Under the pieces are notes generated by a model. The model searched no databases. It was given only the letters and a program-made list of their open reading frames with translations, and was not told the origin of the DNA. From an uncultured Lachnospiraceae bacterium (lineage in GTDB: Bacteria; Bacillota; Clostridia; Oscillospirales; CAG-272), in contig CAYWVC010000003.1 of NCBI GenBank assembly GCA_964461635.1, forward strand, positions 1-51,018: 51,018 nucleotides of DNA, read 5' to 3'. Below are positions 1 to 10,113 of the stretch, one piece after another. A program made the translations under genes and the position numbers. Every line of letters begins with the position of its first letter. The first letter of the stretch is position 1.

Positions 1-35
1 ACTAACCAATTTCTTTTTTCCTTTTTGGTCTCACA

Positions 36-578
36 TCATTGACAAATGTACATTTCCCGTATTTTTAATTTTATTTTATTGCATATAAGCGTTGGTTTGG
101 TTTGCCCCGTGCCAAGGGCAAACAGAGCACCGTCCTGCACGTAATATCCCGATCGAAGAACGTCTCGGTGCTTTCGTAATCTCGCCCGATCAAGAAACGC
201 CGACGGAGGTAAAGGCCCGGTTCCGTCTTCGGCGAAGGTATACCCCCAAGTCGCGCTGTCGCGTTCCCCGCCCTGCACGTCAAGCACCGCGTTCACCGTC
301 ACGGACAGCGGAGATTCCGATCTGACGCGGCAATCGAAAAGATACCTTGCCGCCGGCAAAAAACGCTTGCGAGGATCCGACAATGCCAAGAAGCGCCTTT
401 GAAGCTCGGGCAACAGGACCGACTCCGCCCATTTCAAGCACCCTTCGGCGGCATCGAAAATAAATCGGTCAGCCGCCGTACCGCTCACCGGGTAAACGAC
501 GGAAATAGCGAGCAACGCCTTGCCCGCACTGTCCTCCGACTTAAATATCCTCTTGACCCTGACGTACCGAATTTCCAT
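36..578 (-). CDS. hypothetical protein (181 aa from ATG at 578; ORF track extends to 614)
   Basis: Long ORF with coding-like composition. GGGGGAG Shine-Dalgarno lies 4-5 nt upstream of the ATG at 578 (MEIRYVRVK...). No family recognised by eye. Confidence 0.45.
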   Translation of the reverse strand: MEIRYVRVKRIFKSEDSAGKALLAISVVYPVSGTAADRFIFDAAEGCLKWAESVLLPELQRRFLALSDPRKRFLPAARYLFDCRVRSESPLSVTVNAVLDVQGGERDSATWGYTFAEDGTGPLPPSAFLDRARLRKHRDVLRSGYYVQDGALFALGTGQTKPTLICNKIKLKIREMYICQ

Positions 579-745
579 AGATCTCCCCCGACATATATCT
601 TCTTCATTAATCAATATATGCGCACGTCAACAAAGTATGAGGAAGCGAAAGCACGCCAAATTATGGATTTTGCTCAAAGTCCGTCAAAAAGCCCTTGTTC
701 TTTATTGATATATCTCACAAAAATCAAAAAACGGCCGAAAAAGAC

Positions 746-774
746 TTGACTTTTTTTGACACAGGTAATATACT
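746..774 (+). promoter_or_regulatory. sigmaA-type promoter of the feo operon (-35 TTGACT 746-751, 17-nt spacer, -10 TATACT 769-774)
   Basis: Near-consensus hexamers with 17-nt spacing, about 90 nt upstream of feoA. Confidence 0.5.
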
Positions 775-781
775 ATTATTC

Positions 782-799
782 GGTTAGCAGACGCTAACC
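782..799. promoter_or_regulatory. inverted repeat GGTTAGC-AGAC-GCTAACC at the predicted feo transcription start (candidate metalloregulator operator)
   Basis: Perfect 7-bp arms, 8 nt downstream of the -10 hexamer. The half-sites resemble DtxR/IdeR half-sites (GGTTAG/CTAACC) but with wider spacing. Confidence 0.4.
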
Positions 800-862
800 A
801 ATCAATAACAAGGAATGACCGCCGCGAAAAAAACATACGCGGTGCAATAAAAAGGAGAACTT

Positions 863-1075
863 ATGATACCGTTGATCGTAGCCGACGCAGGCGCCGAGAA
901 TATCATCAAAAAGGTCGGTGGCAACGCCGAGACCAAAAAGCATCTTGAAGACCTCGGATTCGTCGTGGGCGGAACCGTGACGATAGTAACGTCTATGGGC
1001 GGAAACCTCATAGTCAACATCAAGGACTCAAGGGTCGCGATCAGCCGCGAAATGGCACAGAAGATAATGGTCTGA
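863..1075 (+). CDS. feoA: FeoA-family ferrous iron transport protein A
   Basis: 70 aa SH3-like FeoA pattern (GGNAETKKHLEDLGFVVGGTVTIV...). AAAGGAG RBS. Immediately upstream of feoB. Confidence 0.85.
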   Translation: MIPLIVADAGAENIIKKVGGNAETKKHLEDLGFVVGGTVTIVTSMGGNLIVNIKDSRVAISREMAQKIMV

Positions 1076-1121
1076 TGCCCTTTCGGTAAAATCAGTACAT
1101 CTATTGAAAGGAGTAACATAT

Positions 1122-1343
1122 ATGAACACACTGCGGGATCTCAAGGTGGGGCAAAGCGCAAAGGTCGTTAAGCTTCACGGCGAGGGTGCTGTAAAGCGCC
1201 GCATCATGGACATGGGCATCACGAAGGGGACTGAGGTTTACGTGCGCAAGGTTGCGCCGCTCGGCGACCCGATCGAGTTGACCGTCCGCGGATATGAGCT
1301 TTCGCTCAGAAAAGCCGATGCGGAAATGGTAGAGGTTGAATAA
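1122..1343 (+). CDS. feoA: FeoA-family ferrous iron transport protein A (second copy)
   Basis: MNTLRDLKVGQSAKVVKL...RRIMDMGITKGTEVYV is the classic FeoA motif. ATG at 1122 is preceded by AAAGGAG; the ORF-track start at 1104 lies inside the RBS. Confidence 0.85.
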   Translation: MNTLRDLKVGQSAKVVKLHGEGAVKRRIMDMGITKGTEVYVRKVAPLGDPIELTVRGYELSLRKADAEMVEVE

Positions 1344-1421
1344 ACAAAAAGCTCCGAAATCTTTTTTCGGAAATCAAAGCAATTCGGTCAGCAGGGGCTG
1401 ATCAAAGAAAGGATATTCATT

Positions 1422-3980
1422 ATGGATACAAACACCATCAGAATTGCTCTTGCCGGTAACCCAAACTGCGGCAAGACCACACTGTTCAACGCTCTGACGG
1501 GTTCCAACCAATTTGTCGGAAACTGGCCCGGCGTTACGGTAGAAAAGAAGGAAGGTAAGCTGAAGAAGCACAACGATGTTATCATCACCGACCTTCCCGG
1601 CATCTACTCACTCTCCCCCTACACGTTGGAGGAGGTCGTAGCAAGAAATTACCTCATAGGCGAGCGACCCGACGCGATTCTCAACATAATCGACGGAACC
1701 AACCTCGAGCGCAACCTGTACCTCACGACTCAGCTCACCGAGCTGGGTATCCCGGTAGTTATCGCCATCAATATGATGGACGTCGTCAAAAAGCGCGGCG
1801 ACAAGATCAACATCGACGAGCTCGGCAAGCAGCTCGGATGCAAGGTGGTGGAGATCTCCGCCCTTAAGGGCACCGGCATCACCGAGGCGGCCGAGGCGGC
1901 TATCAAGGCAGCAAAAAGCACCAAGACGGTGCCTATGCACAGCTTCTCCGGCTGTGTGGAGCACGCCATCGCCCATATTGAGGAGGCGGCTGTCCACAAC
2001 CTTCCCGCCGAACAGCAAAGATGGTACGCTATCAAGATCTTTGAGCGCGACGACAAGGTTCTCTCCGCGCTTAACCTCCCCGCCGAGCTCACGGCACATA
2101 TCGAGCAGGATATAACCGCCGCCGAAGCCGAAATGGACGACGACGCGGAATCCATCATCACCAATGAAAGATACGTTTATATAGCATCTATAATCAAGAG
2201 CTGCTACAAGAAAAAGAACGTCGGCAGTCTTTCGACGTCGGATAAGATAGACCGTGTGGTCACCAACCGTTGGCTCGGTCTGCCGATCTTCGTCGTTATA
2301 ATGTTCCTCGTTTACTACATATCAATGGTAACGGTCGGAACGGCGGCAACCGATTGGACGAACGACGGTCTGTTCGGCGACGGTTGGCACCTCTTCGGCA
2401 TCGGCTCAAGTGCGTATGAGGAAGCCTCCGGCTCCTACGGCGACGCGATGAACGCAGTCAGCGCCTTCGTCAACCTTGACGATTACCTCGTTGAAAGCGA
2501 CGGTGAGGAAACGCTGGACGTTGCGGCGGCGCTTGCGGCAATGAAGGCATACAAGCCCGAATCCGAAAATCCCTCTAAGGTCATCAACATCGTCATAGAC
2601 GAGGAAACGCTTGAGCAAGGCGACGTCACGGTATATTATTCCGCGATCCCGGGCGATGCGGACGAGGATTCGACGGTCGGTATGACCTACCTTGAGGCAG
2701 TCGCATACTTTGAGGGTAGCAATGCAGAGTTCGCCGAACCCGATCCTGCCGATTTCGGTGTGTGGGTCCCCGGTATTCCGGCGCTCATAGGCAGCGGACT
2801 TGACGCCGCCAACGCCCCCGAATGGCTCTCCGGTCTGATACTTGACGGTATCGTAGCCGGTGTCGGCGCGGTTCTCGGCTTCGTGCCGCAGATGCTCGTG
2901 CTCTTCCTGCTGCTCGCCTTCCTGGAGGCTTGCGGATATATGTCGCGTATAGCCTTCGTTCTTGACCGTATATTCCGTAAATTCGGACTTTCCGGCAAGT
3001 CGTTCATACCTATGCTCATCGGCTCGGGTTGCGGAGTTCCCGGTATTATGGCATCGCGAACTATCGAAAACGAGCGCGACCGCCGTATGACCATCATCAC
3101 GACCACCTTCATTCCCTGCGGAGCTAAGATGCCCTTCATCGGAATGATCGCGGGTGCGCTCTTCGGCGGATCCGCTCTGGTTGCCACCTCATCCTACTTC
3201 ATCGGAATGCTCGCGATCATCGTGTCGGGTATTATCCTGAAGAAAACGAAGATGTTCGCCGGCGAGCCCGCGCCCTTCGTTATGGAGCTCCCCGCATACC
3301 ATTGGCCGACCGTAAAGAACGTTCTCCGCTCAATGTGGGAGCGCGGCTGGTCCTTCATTAAGAAGGCGGGCACCATCATACTCCTCTCCACCATCGTCGT
3401 CTGGTTCACGACCTACTTCGGCTTTGTGGACGGCACATTCCGTATGCTCGCGGAGGAGGAGATCAACTACTCCATCTTAGCTATGATAGGTAACGCGATA
3501 GCGTGGATCTTTGCCCCGCTCGGCTGGGGGAATTGGCAGGCAGCTGTTGCCTCCATCACCGGACTTGTTGCCAAGGAGAACATCGTCGGCACTCTCGGCG
3601 TGCTCTACGGCGGAGGCGAAGCAAGCGTATATCAGAGCCTTGCAACGGCATTTACCGGAATCAGCGGCTTCTCGTTCCTCGTATTCAACCTGCTCTGCGC
3701 CCCCTGCTTTGCCGCGATCGGCGCGATCAAGCGCGAAATGAACAGTGCAAAGTGGACGTGGTTTGCGGTTGGCTATCAGTGCGGCTTCGCGTACGCGATC
3801 GCGCTTATGATCAACTCCTTCGGTAACCTCTTCGCAGGCAATTTCCTGAACGGCAGTGTCGTGCTCAACGTAGTATGCCTTGTCGCATCGGTGCTGATAC
3901 TCGGATTTATGATCTATATGCTCGTCCGTCCTTACAAGGAAGCCACGAAGCTTGAAAAGGACGTCAAGGTCAGCAAATAA
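1422..3980 (+). CDS. feoB: ferrous iron transporter FeoB (852 aa, with enlarged extracytoplasmic loop)
   Basis: N-terminal G domain motifs: G1 GNPNCGKTT, G3 DLPG, G4 NMMD. Polytopic gate-motif membrane domain follows. Confidence 0.97.
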   Translation: MDTNTIRIALAGNPNCGKTTLFNALTGSNQFVGNWPGVTVEKKEGKLKKHNDVIITDLPGIYSLSPYTLEEVVARNYLIGERPDAILNIIDGTNLERNLYLTTQLTELGIPVVIAINMMDVVKKRGDKINIDELGKQLGCKVVEISALKGTGITEAAEAAIKAAKSTKTVPMHSFSGCVEHAIAHIEEAAVHNLPAEQQRWYAIKIFERDDKVLSALNLPAELTAHIEQDITAAEAEMDDDAESIITNERYVYIASIIKSCYKKKNVGSLSTSDKIDRVVTNRWLGLPIFVVIMFLVYYISMVTVGTAATDWTNDGLFGDGWHLFGIGSSAYEEASGSYGDAMNAVSAFVNLDDYLVESDGEETLDVAAALAAMKAYKPESENPSKVINIVIDEETLEQGDVTVYYSAIPGDADEDSTVGMTYLEAVAYFEGSNAEFAEPDPADFGVWVPGIPALIGSGLDAANAPEWLSGLILDGIVAGVGAVLGFVPQMLVLFLLLAFLEACGYMSRIAFVLDRIFRKFGLSGKSFIPMLIGSGCGVPGIMASRTIENERDRRMTIITTTFIPCGAKMPFIGMIAGALFGGSALVATSSYFIGMLAIIVSGIILKKTKMFAGEPAPFVMELPAYHWPTVKNVLRSMWERGWSFIKKAGTIILLSTIVVWFTTYFGFVDGTFRMLAEEEINYSILAMIGNAIAWIFAPLGWGNWQAAVASITGLVAKENIVGTLGVLYGGGEASVYQSLATAFTGISGFSFLVFNLLCAPCFAAIGAIKREMNSAKWTWFAVGYQCGFAYAIALMINSFGNLFAGNFLNGSVVLNVVCLVASVLILGFMIYMLVRPYKEATKLEKDVKVSK

Positions 3981-4003
3981 ACCGCAGAAAGGAGAACACC
4001 GCC

Positions 4004-4195
4004 ATGCTTGAATGGATAAGCACCAACATTTGGACTGTACTGATCTGTGCGGCACTCATTGCCGTGGTAACGGCTATAATCGTATCGATCGTCAGAGACA
4101 AAAGGAAGGGTAAATCCTCCTGCGGATGTAACTGTGCACATTGCGCCATGGCAGGCTCTTGCCACGGCACCAAGACTAAGTCAGAGCACCAATAA
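4004..4195 (+). CDS. FeoB-associated Cys-rich membrane protein
   Basis: 63 aa with a single TM helix, then a Cys-rich tail (SSCGCNCAHCAMAGSCHG). GAAAGGAG RBS. Directly follows feoB. Confidence 0.8.
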   Translation: MLEWISTNIWTVLICAALIAVVTAIIVSIVRDKRKGKSSCGCNCAHCAMAGSCHGTKTKSEHQ

Positions 4196-4219
4196 AAATA
4201 CAAATCACACCTTCCTACC

Positions 4220-4248
4220 GGGGACCGCCGAAAGGCGGTCCCCATTTT
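4220..4248 (+). terminator. rho-independent terminator of the feo operon
   Basis: GGGGACCGCC-GAAA-GGCGGTCCCC stem-loop followed by ATTTT. Confidence 0.8.
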
Positions 4249-4323
4249 CAGCACTCAAGCACCGCCGCTTGCTGTCTTTTGGCTTTGCAAGCGAGAAAAC
4301 TTAACCTTTTTTCGCCCGAGACT

Positions 4324-4350
4324 TTAGCACTCGTTTCAATTGAGTGCCAA
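4324..4350 (+). promoter_or_regulatory. CIRCE element (HrcA operator) upstream of clpB
   Basis: TTAGCACTC-N9-GAGTGCCAA against the consensus TTAGCACTC-N9-GAGTGCTAA (one mismatch). Located 124 nt upstream of the clpB ATG. Confidence 0.85.
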
Positions 4351-4473
4351 AATTAACTTTAGATACACATTTTAATGCATAAATAGTTCACAATACGGCA
4401 CTATACTGTATATGCTCCGAAAAGCGATCGGAGCCATACAAAAAGCCGCAACAGCGGCAGGAGGTGTTTATAT

Positions 4474-7059
4474 ATGAACACGCAAAAATTGACGCAAAAA
4501 AGCATTGAAGTGATAAACTCGGCGCAGAGCATAGCCGCCGATAACGGGAATCAACAGCTTGAGCAGGCGCATTTTCTGTCGGCTCTGCTCGGGCAGGAAA
4601 ACGGGATAACCTCCGAGCTCCTCAAAAAATGCGGGTATAACGTCGGCGAGCTCTCGTCAGCCGTTAACGCTCTGATAGCCTCATATCCGAAGGTTTCGGG
4701 GAACGCGGGTGTTTACCTTTCCAGAGAGGCAGATTCTGCCCTTAACGCGGCAGAAAAGCTCGCCGCCAAAATGGGTGATGAATACACCTCGGTCGAGCAT
4801 ATTCTGCTCGGAACAGTCAGCGAAGCCGACGGCAAAATAAAGGCGATTCTGAAACGCTTCACGATCTCCTACGATGCCCTGATGAACGCGCTGAAGGAGG
4901 TTCGGGGAAACAGAAGAGTCGTAAACGACAATCCCGAGGACACCTACGACGCGCTGAAGAAATACGGCACCGACCTCGTTGAACGCGCCAAACAGCAAAA
5001 GCTCGACCCCGTGATCGGGCGTGACGACGAGATACGCAACGTCATAAGGATACTGTCGCGTAAGACAAAAAACAATCCCTGTCTTATCGGTGAGCCCGGC
5101 GTCGGCAAGACCGCCATCGCCGAGGGACTTGCACAGCGGATCGTGCGCGGCGACGTGCCGGAGAACCTTCGCGACCGTTCAATATTCTCGCTCGATATGG
5201 GCGCACTCATCGCGGGAGCAAAATACCGCGGGGAATTTGAGGAAAGGCTTAAAGCCGTGCTTGAGGACATCAAAAAGAGCGACGGCAGGATAATACTCTT
5301 TATCGACGAGCTCCATACGATAGTGGGCGCGGGGCGTACCGACGGCTCTATGGATGCCTCCAATCTGCTGAAGCCTATGCTCGCACGCGGTGAGCTTCAT
5401 TGCATCGGCGCAACGACGCTTGACGAATACCGAAAATACATTGAAAAGGATGCCGCGCTGGAGCGCCGTTTTCAGCCCGTTCACGTCAGCGAACCGACGG
5501 TCGAGGACACGGTCTCCATCCTCCGCGGACTTAAGGATCGCTACGAGGTCTATCACGGTGTAAAGATCCACGATCAAGCTCTCATTACCGCCGCAACCTT
5601 GTCCGACCGATATATCACCGACCGTTTCCTGCCCGACAAGGCTATCGACCTCGTGGACGAGGCTTGCGCCCTTATCAAGACCGAGATGAACTCTATGCCC
5701 ACCGAGCTTGACGAGATACGGCGCAAGATAATTCAGCTTGAGATAGAGGAAGCCGCGTTGAAAAAGGAAAACGACAAGCTCTCGGTTGCGCACCTTGACG
5801 AGATACGCAAGGAGCTCTCCGAATACCGCGAGAGCTTTAACGCGATGAAGGCAAAATGGGACAACGAAAAGAACAGCATAGACCGCCTCAGCGAGCTACG
5901 CAAGCAAATAGAGGACACCAACGCCGAGATAGAGCGGGCGCAGAACTCGTACGACCTTACGAAGGCGGCAGAGCTCAAATACGGCGTTCTCCCCGAGCTG
6001 ACGAAAAAGCTTGAGGCGGAGGAAAAAGCCGCAGACAGCGAGGAGCGCGATACCCTGCTCCGCAGCAGCGTCACCGACACCGAGATCGCAAAGATAGTGG
6101 CACGTTGGACCGGGATCCCGGTTGACAAGCTGCTTGAAAGCGAACGCCGGAAGCTGCTCTCAATGCCAGCGATATTGCACCGCCGTGTGATAGGTCAAGA
6201 CGAAGCAGTCGAAACGGTAGCGGACGCTATCCTGCGCTCCCGTGCCGGCATAAAGGATCCCGACCGCCCGATAGGATCGTTCCTCTTCCTCGGTCCGACA
6301 GGTGTCGGCAAGACCGAGCTGGCAAAGGCACTTGCCGAGGCACTCTTCGACAACGAAAAGAGCATCGTGCGGATAGATATGAGCGAATATATGGAAAAGT
6401 ACTCGGTCTCGCGTCTTATCGGAGCGCCTCCCGGATACGTCGGCTACGACGAGGGCGGTCAGTTAACCGAGGCTGTGCGGCGCAAGCCCTACGCCGTTAT
6501 CCTTTTCGACGAGATCGAGAAGGCACATCCGGACGTTTTCAATCTGCTTTTGCAGGTGCTTGACGACGGCAGAATGACCGACGGGCAAGGCAGAACCGTG
6601 AACTTCCGCAACACGATAATCATTATGACCTCCAACCTCGGCTCGGACGTGATCCTTGACGGAATAACCCCGGACGGAAATATAAGCGACGACGCACGTG
6701 CAAAGGTAACCGCGCTCTTGCGCAGGAGCTTCCGCCCCGAATTCCTTAACCGTATAGACGAAACGGTCTTCTACCGCCCGCTGACAGAGCGTGACATCGG
6801 CGCGATATGCGAGCTCCAGCTAACGGCATTGCGCCAACGCCTCGCCGACCGTCGGCTTGAACTTAAGGTGACCGATAGCGCCAAGCGCTTTATCGCCAAA
6901 GCCGGCTACGATCCCGTATACGGAGCCCGTCCGTTGAAGCGCTTTATCCAATCCAAGCTTGAGACCCTCGTGGCGCAGTATATCATCGGCAAGGATCCCG
7001 CTCCGGACACGGTTTTGACCGTGGACTACGAAAGCGAAAAGGGTCTGTTCATAGCATAA
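4474..7059 (+). CDS. clpB: ATP-dependent chaperone ClpB (Hsp100 disaggregase)
   Basis: 861 aa with Clp_N repeats, two AAA+ modules ([16 protein letters not shown]) and a long coiled-coil middle domain. No ClpP-docking loop is evident. Confidence 0.97.
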   Translation: MNTQKLTQKSIEVINSAQSIAADNGNQQLEQAHFLSALLGQENGITSELLKKCGYNVGELSSAVNALIASYPKVSGNAGVYLSREADSALNAAEKLAAKMGDEYTSVEHILLGTVSEADGKIKAILKRFTISYDALMNALKEVRGNRRVVNDNPEDTYDALKKYGTDLVERAKQQKLDPVIGRDDEIRNVIRILSRKTKNNPCLIGEPGVGKTAIAEGLAQRIVRGDVPENLRDRSIFSLDMGALIAGAKYRGEFEERLKAVLEDIKKSDGRIILFIDELHTIVGAGRTDGSMDASNLLKPMLARGELHCIGATTLDEYRKYIEKDAALERRFQPVHVSEPTVEDTVSILRGLKDRYEVYHGVKIHDQALITAATLSDRYITDRFLPDKAIDLVDEACALIKTEMNSMPTELDEIRRKIIQLEIEEAALKKENDKLSVAHLDEIRKELSEYRESFNAMKAKWDNEKNSIDRLSELRKQIEDTNAEIERAQNSYDLTKAAELKYGVLPELTKKLEAEEKAADSEERDTLLRSSVTDTEIAKIVARWTGIPVDKLLESERRKLLSMPAILHRRVIGQDEAVETVADAILRSRAGIKDPDRPIGSFLFLGPTGVGKTELAKALAEALFDNEKSIVRIDMSEYMEKYSVSRLIGAPPGYVGYDEGGQLTEAVRRKPYAVILFDEIEKAHPDVFNLLLQVLDDGRMTDGQGRTVNFRNTIIIMTSNLGSDVILDGITPDGNISDDARAKVTALLRRSFRPEFLNRIDETVFYRPLTERDIGAICELQLTALRQRLADRRLELKVTDSAKRFIAKAGYDPVYGARPLKRFIQSKLETLVAQYIIGKDPAPDTVLTVDYESEKGLFIA

Positions 7060-7062
7060 AAT

Positions 7063-7109
7063 CAGCCCTTGTGCCGTTTACCCGGCGCAAGGGCTGTCGT
7101 TTATTTTTT
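7063..7109. terminator. bidirectional terminator between clpB and the ThrE-family gene
   Basis: 14-bp stem (CAGCCCTTGTGCCG / CGGCGCAAGGGCTG) followed by TCGTTTATTTTTT. It overlaps the 3' end of the convergent gene. Confidence 0.7.
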
Positions 7110-8381
7110 GCTGTTCAAGGTTCCTTTTCTGATATGCATCCGTCGCACGAGCGAGGTTACGATACCGAAGCAAAGGATGACCGCAACCATCCCGACGGCG
7201 ATCGCAAGGGCGGATATCAGCGTCTCGGCTCCGCTCTCGGAAAATTTACCGAGGTCACCGCGAAGCGCCCAACTCATAGTATAAAACAGCATACTTCCCG
7301 GCACCAGCGGAATTATCGACGGTATCATAAAGACGGTAGCAGGCGACCGAAGCAGCCTTGCCATAAGCTGTGAATAGGTCTCGCCGCCTATCGCCGCCAA
7401 GAACATACACACAAACAGCGGCAGACCCGCAAGATCGAACAGAAGGTATATCCCCCACGTAAGCGCACCGCCGACCGTAGCCGCCGCAAAATGGCGTATA
7501 TGCCGCACACCGAACAAGCACGCAAAGCCCGCCGACGCAAACATAGCGGAGAGTATCTGCACCCACGGCAGAACGTAGGCCGATCCGGGCACGAGCATAT
7601 CGGCACCGCCGCAAAGATATGCGGCACCGGCAAAGCCGACGGCAATGGCGATAGCCGTAACGATCGACTCGCAGAAGATCAGCAGCCCGGTTATAGTGTC
7701 CCCGGTCAGAAGGTCCTCAAGCGCCCCCGTTATTGAAACCCCGGGGATCAGCAGCATTATCGCGCCGATGATGATCGCATTGATATTCTCCCCTAACCCC
7801 AGCGAAACGAGTCCAACGGAAATAGCCCCCGACACGAACGAGGTCAGGAGATAATGCACGATCTTATTCGTATGTATTACGGTCTTCAAGCGCTCGGAGA
7901 GGAATATAACGACCGCTACTACAGCCGCCGCGAGCATATCGCGCCACGAGCCGCCGAAGAAAACGGTAAAGCTTGCCGCCGCCACCACCGATCCGAGCGC
8001 GATCACGAGCCAAGGCATCGGACGCTCGCTCGATATCCGCCGTATCTCGTCACTGACTCGGTCGATCGGAATATGCATATGGCATATCTCACGTGAGAGT
8101 CGGTTGAGCTTGTCAAGCTTCTCCATATCCCTTGACTGCCCCTTTATACGGCGGGTCTGCGTTATAATCTCGCCGTCGGCGGTAATGACGGTCACGATGA
8201 TCGACGAGGTTATGGTCAGCGTATCTACCCGTTCGGCACCGTATGCGTAGCAAATACGGCTTACGGTATCCTCAACTCGGCTGACCTCGCCGCCGCAAAT
8301 ATGCATCATTTCGCCAAGGTCAAGCGCACACTTCAATATTTGCCCGAAATCGGTCTTTACGGGCACAGAGTTTTCAACCAT
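7101..8381 (-). CDS. threonine/serine exporter (ThrE) family membrane protein, fused YjjP-like plus YjjB-like halves
   Basis: 426 aa. Soluble N-terminal segment, then about 10 TM helices. The pattern matches the ThrE/DUF1212 plus DUF3815 architecture. Confidence 0.75.
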   Translation of the reverse strand: MVENSVPVKTDFGQILKCALDLGEMMHICGGEVSRVEDTVSRICYAYGAERVDTLTITSSIIVTVITADGEIITQTRRIKGQSRDMEKLDKLNRLSREICHMHIPIDRVSDEIRRISSERPMPWLVIALGSVVAAASFTVFFGGSWRDMLAAAVVAVVIFLSERLKTVIHTNKIVHYLLTSFVSGAISVGLVSLGLGENINAIIIGAIMLLIPGVSITGALEDLLTGDTITGLLIFCESIVTAIAIAVGFAGAAYLCGGADMLVPGSAYVLPWVQILSAMFASAGFACLFGVRHIRHFAAATVGGALTWGIYLLFDLAGLPLFVCMFLAAIGGETYSQLMARLLRSPATVFMIPSIIPLVPGSMLFYTMSWALRGDLGKFSESGAETLISALAIAVGMVAVILCFGIVTSLVRRMHIRKGTLNSKK

Positions 8382-8443
8382 ATGTTATCATACACCGCGA
8401 ATTATGCGGCACCCTTCTTTAACGTCTTTTCGGGGATTGCCCG

Positions 8444-8890
8444 TTATGCCCTTACCTTACCTTTGCAGATCTCATTCAGAAAGTCTATCGCCTCGGTATA
8501 GCTTGCCACACCCTTGCCGAAGAAGCATCCTGCGCAGGCATCGCGAAGGTAGGAGACGCGCCTGAAATCCTCACGCTTTGTAATATCGGTCAGATGGACC
8601 TCCGCCGTCGGAAGAGAAACGGCGCGGAGAGCGTCACCGATCGCCACGCTCGTGTGCGTATACGCCGCCGCATTTATCAGTATGGCATCATATCGCCCGA
8701 CGGCGGACTGTATAACGTCGATAATATCGCCCTCGTGATTGGACTGATATATATCGCACCCGATCCCCCGGCGATCGCAATGCGCCCGTACCGCATCGCA
8801 AAGCTCGTCGTAGGTCATTCTGCCGTATATTTCGGGCTCGCGCCTGCCAAGCAGATTAAGATTCGGACCGTTTATAACGAGAAGCTTCAT
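8444..8890 (-). CDS. aroQ: type II 3-dehydroquinate dehydratase
   Basis: MKLLVINGPNLNLLGRREPEIYG... is the canonical AroQ N-terminus. 148 aa. Confidence 0.95.
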   Translation of the reverse strand: MKLLVINGPNLNLLGRREPEIYGRMTYDELCDAVRAHCDRRGIGCDIYQSNHEGDIIDVIQSAVGRYDAILINAAAYTHTSVAIGDALRAVSLPTAEVHLTDITKREDFRRVSYLRDACAGCFFGKGVASYTEAIDFLNEICKGKVRA

Positions 8891-10113
8891 TTTCTGCCGA
8901 TCGCTTCGACGATCTTGTCAACAGTCGCCTCAACCGAACCGTTATTATCCACCTCAATGTCGCACCACTCGCGGTAGAGCGGTACCCTTGCATTGTAAAG
9001 CACCTCAAGGTTGCCGTTCTGCGAAAGAGGTCTGCCGACCGTGGCAAGTGCGGGAATATCGCGATTGAGGAATATTATTTTACCGTTTTGCTTCATAGCA
9101 TATTTGTTGTCCTCGCGCATAACCGCACCGCCGCCGACCGAGATGACCTTGTGCGTTTGTTTTCCCGCCCATTCGACGGCAACATGCTCGGTGCGGCGGA
9201 AAGCCGTCTCGCCGTCCCGACGGATTATACGCTCGGGGGAGCGCCCATACAGCTTCATTATAGCGTCGTCAACGTCAATATGACCCATTCCGAGCCGCTC
9301 GGCAAGGGCTTTTCCCACCGTGGTCTTGCCGCATCCCGGCATTCCTATAAGCACTACGTTGCTCATATCCGACTCCACCGCACTCAGGATCTTCGGGATA
9401 ACGGAGTCGTCTATATCCGTGCCCGTAAAGAGCTCACGCGCACGTTTTGCCTGTGCCACGAGCATCGGAAGTCCGTTGACTGCCTTGATTCCAAGGCTCT
9501 CCGCTTCCAGCAAAAGCGCCGTTTTAAGGGGATTGTAGATGATATCAATAACCGCCTCAAGCTTAGTAAGCTTGGCAAGTGACGTAGGTGTCCTTCCGTT
9601 ATCGGGGAACATCCCTATCGGGGTGGCGTTAACGATTATCCTTGCCTCCGGGAATAGCTTCGAGATCGACGCATACTTACTGCGCGAGACGTTTATAACC
9701 TCGCCCGCTCCGTGATCCTCAAGCGATGCGCGCACTGCGGCGGCACCTCCGCCTTCTCCTATTATCAGGCACTTTTTCCCGAAAACGTTAATTCCGGAGC
9801 TCTCAAGGAGATACGAAAAGCCGTAAACGTCGGTATTATATCCGAACAGCTTACCCGCAGAGTTTTTAACAACGGTGTTGACGCATCCGACACGCCTTGA
9901 CAGCTCGGAGTTTTTCGAAAGCATTGGCATAACGGTGCGCTTGTACGGTATCGTTACGTTCAAGCCGTCGAACGCATCCGACGACATAAAAAGTTCTAAT
10001 TGCTTTGAAGAAACTTCAAAAAGCTGATAATCGTCATCCCCCAACATAGCGTGGATCTGACGAGATACACTGTGATCCAGCTTTTCACCCAATAAACCGT
10101 ACTTCTTTTTCAT
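8887..10113 (-). CDS. aroE/aroK: bifunctional shikimate dehydrogenase / shikimate kinase (AroE-AroK fusion)
   Basis: N-terminal half has the AroE motifs NVTIPYK and GYNTD plus a GEGGGAAA Rossmann loop. C-terminal half has the P-loop GMPGCGKTTVG and a shikimate-kinase-like body. Confidence 0.9.
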   Translation of the reverse strand: MKKKYGLLGEKLDHSVSRQIHAMLGDDDYQLFEVSSKQLELFMSSDAFDGLNVTIPYKRTVMPMLSKNSELSRRVGCVNTVVKNSAGKLFGYNTDVYGFSYLLESSGINVFGKKCLIIGEGGGAAAVRASLEDHGAGEVINVSRSKYASISKLFPEARIIVNATPIGMFPDNGRTPTSLAKLTKLEAVIDIIYNPLKTALLLEAESLGIKAVNGLPMLVAQAKRARELFTGTDIDDSVIPKILSAVESDMSNVVLIGMPGCGKTTVGKALAERLGMGHIDVDDAIMKLYGRSPERIIRRDGETAFRRTEHVAVEWAGKQTHKVISVGGGAVMREDNKYAMKQNGKIIFLNRDIPALATVGRPLSQNGNLEVLYNARVPLYREWCDIEVDNNGSVEATVDKIVEAIGRK

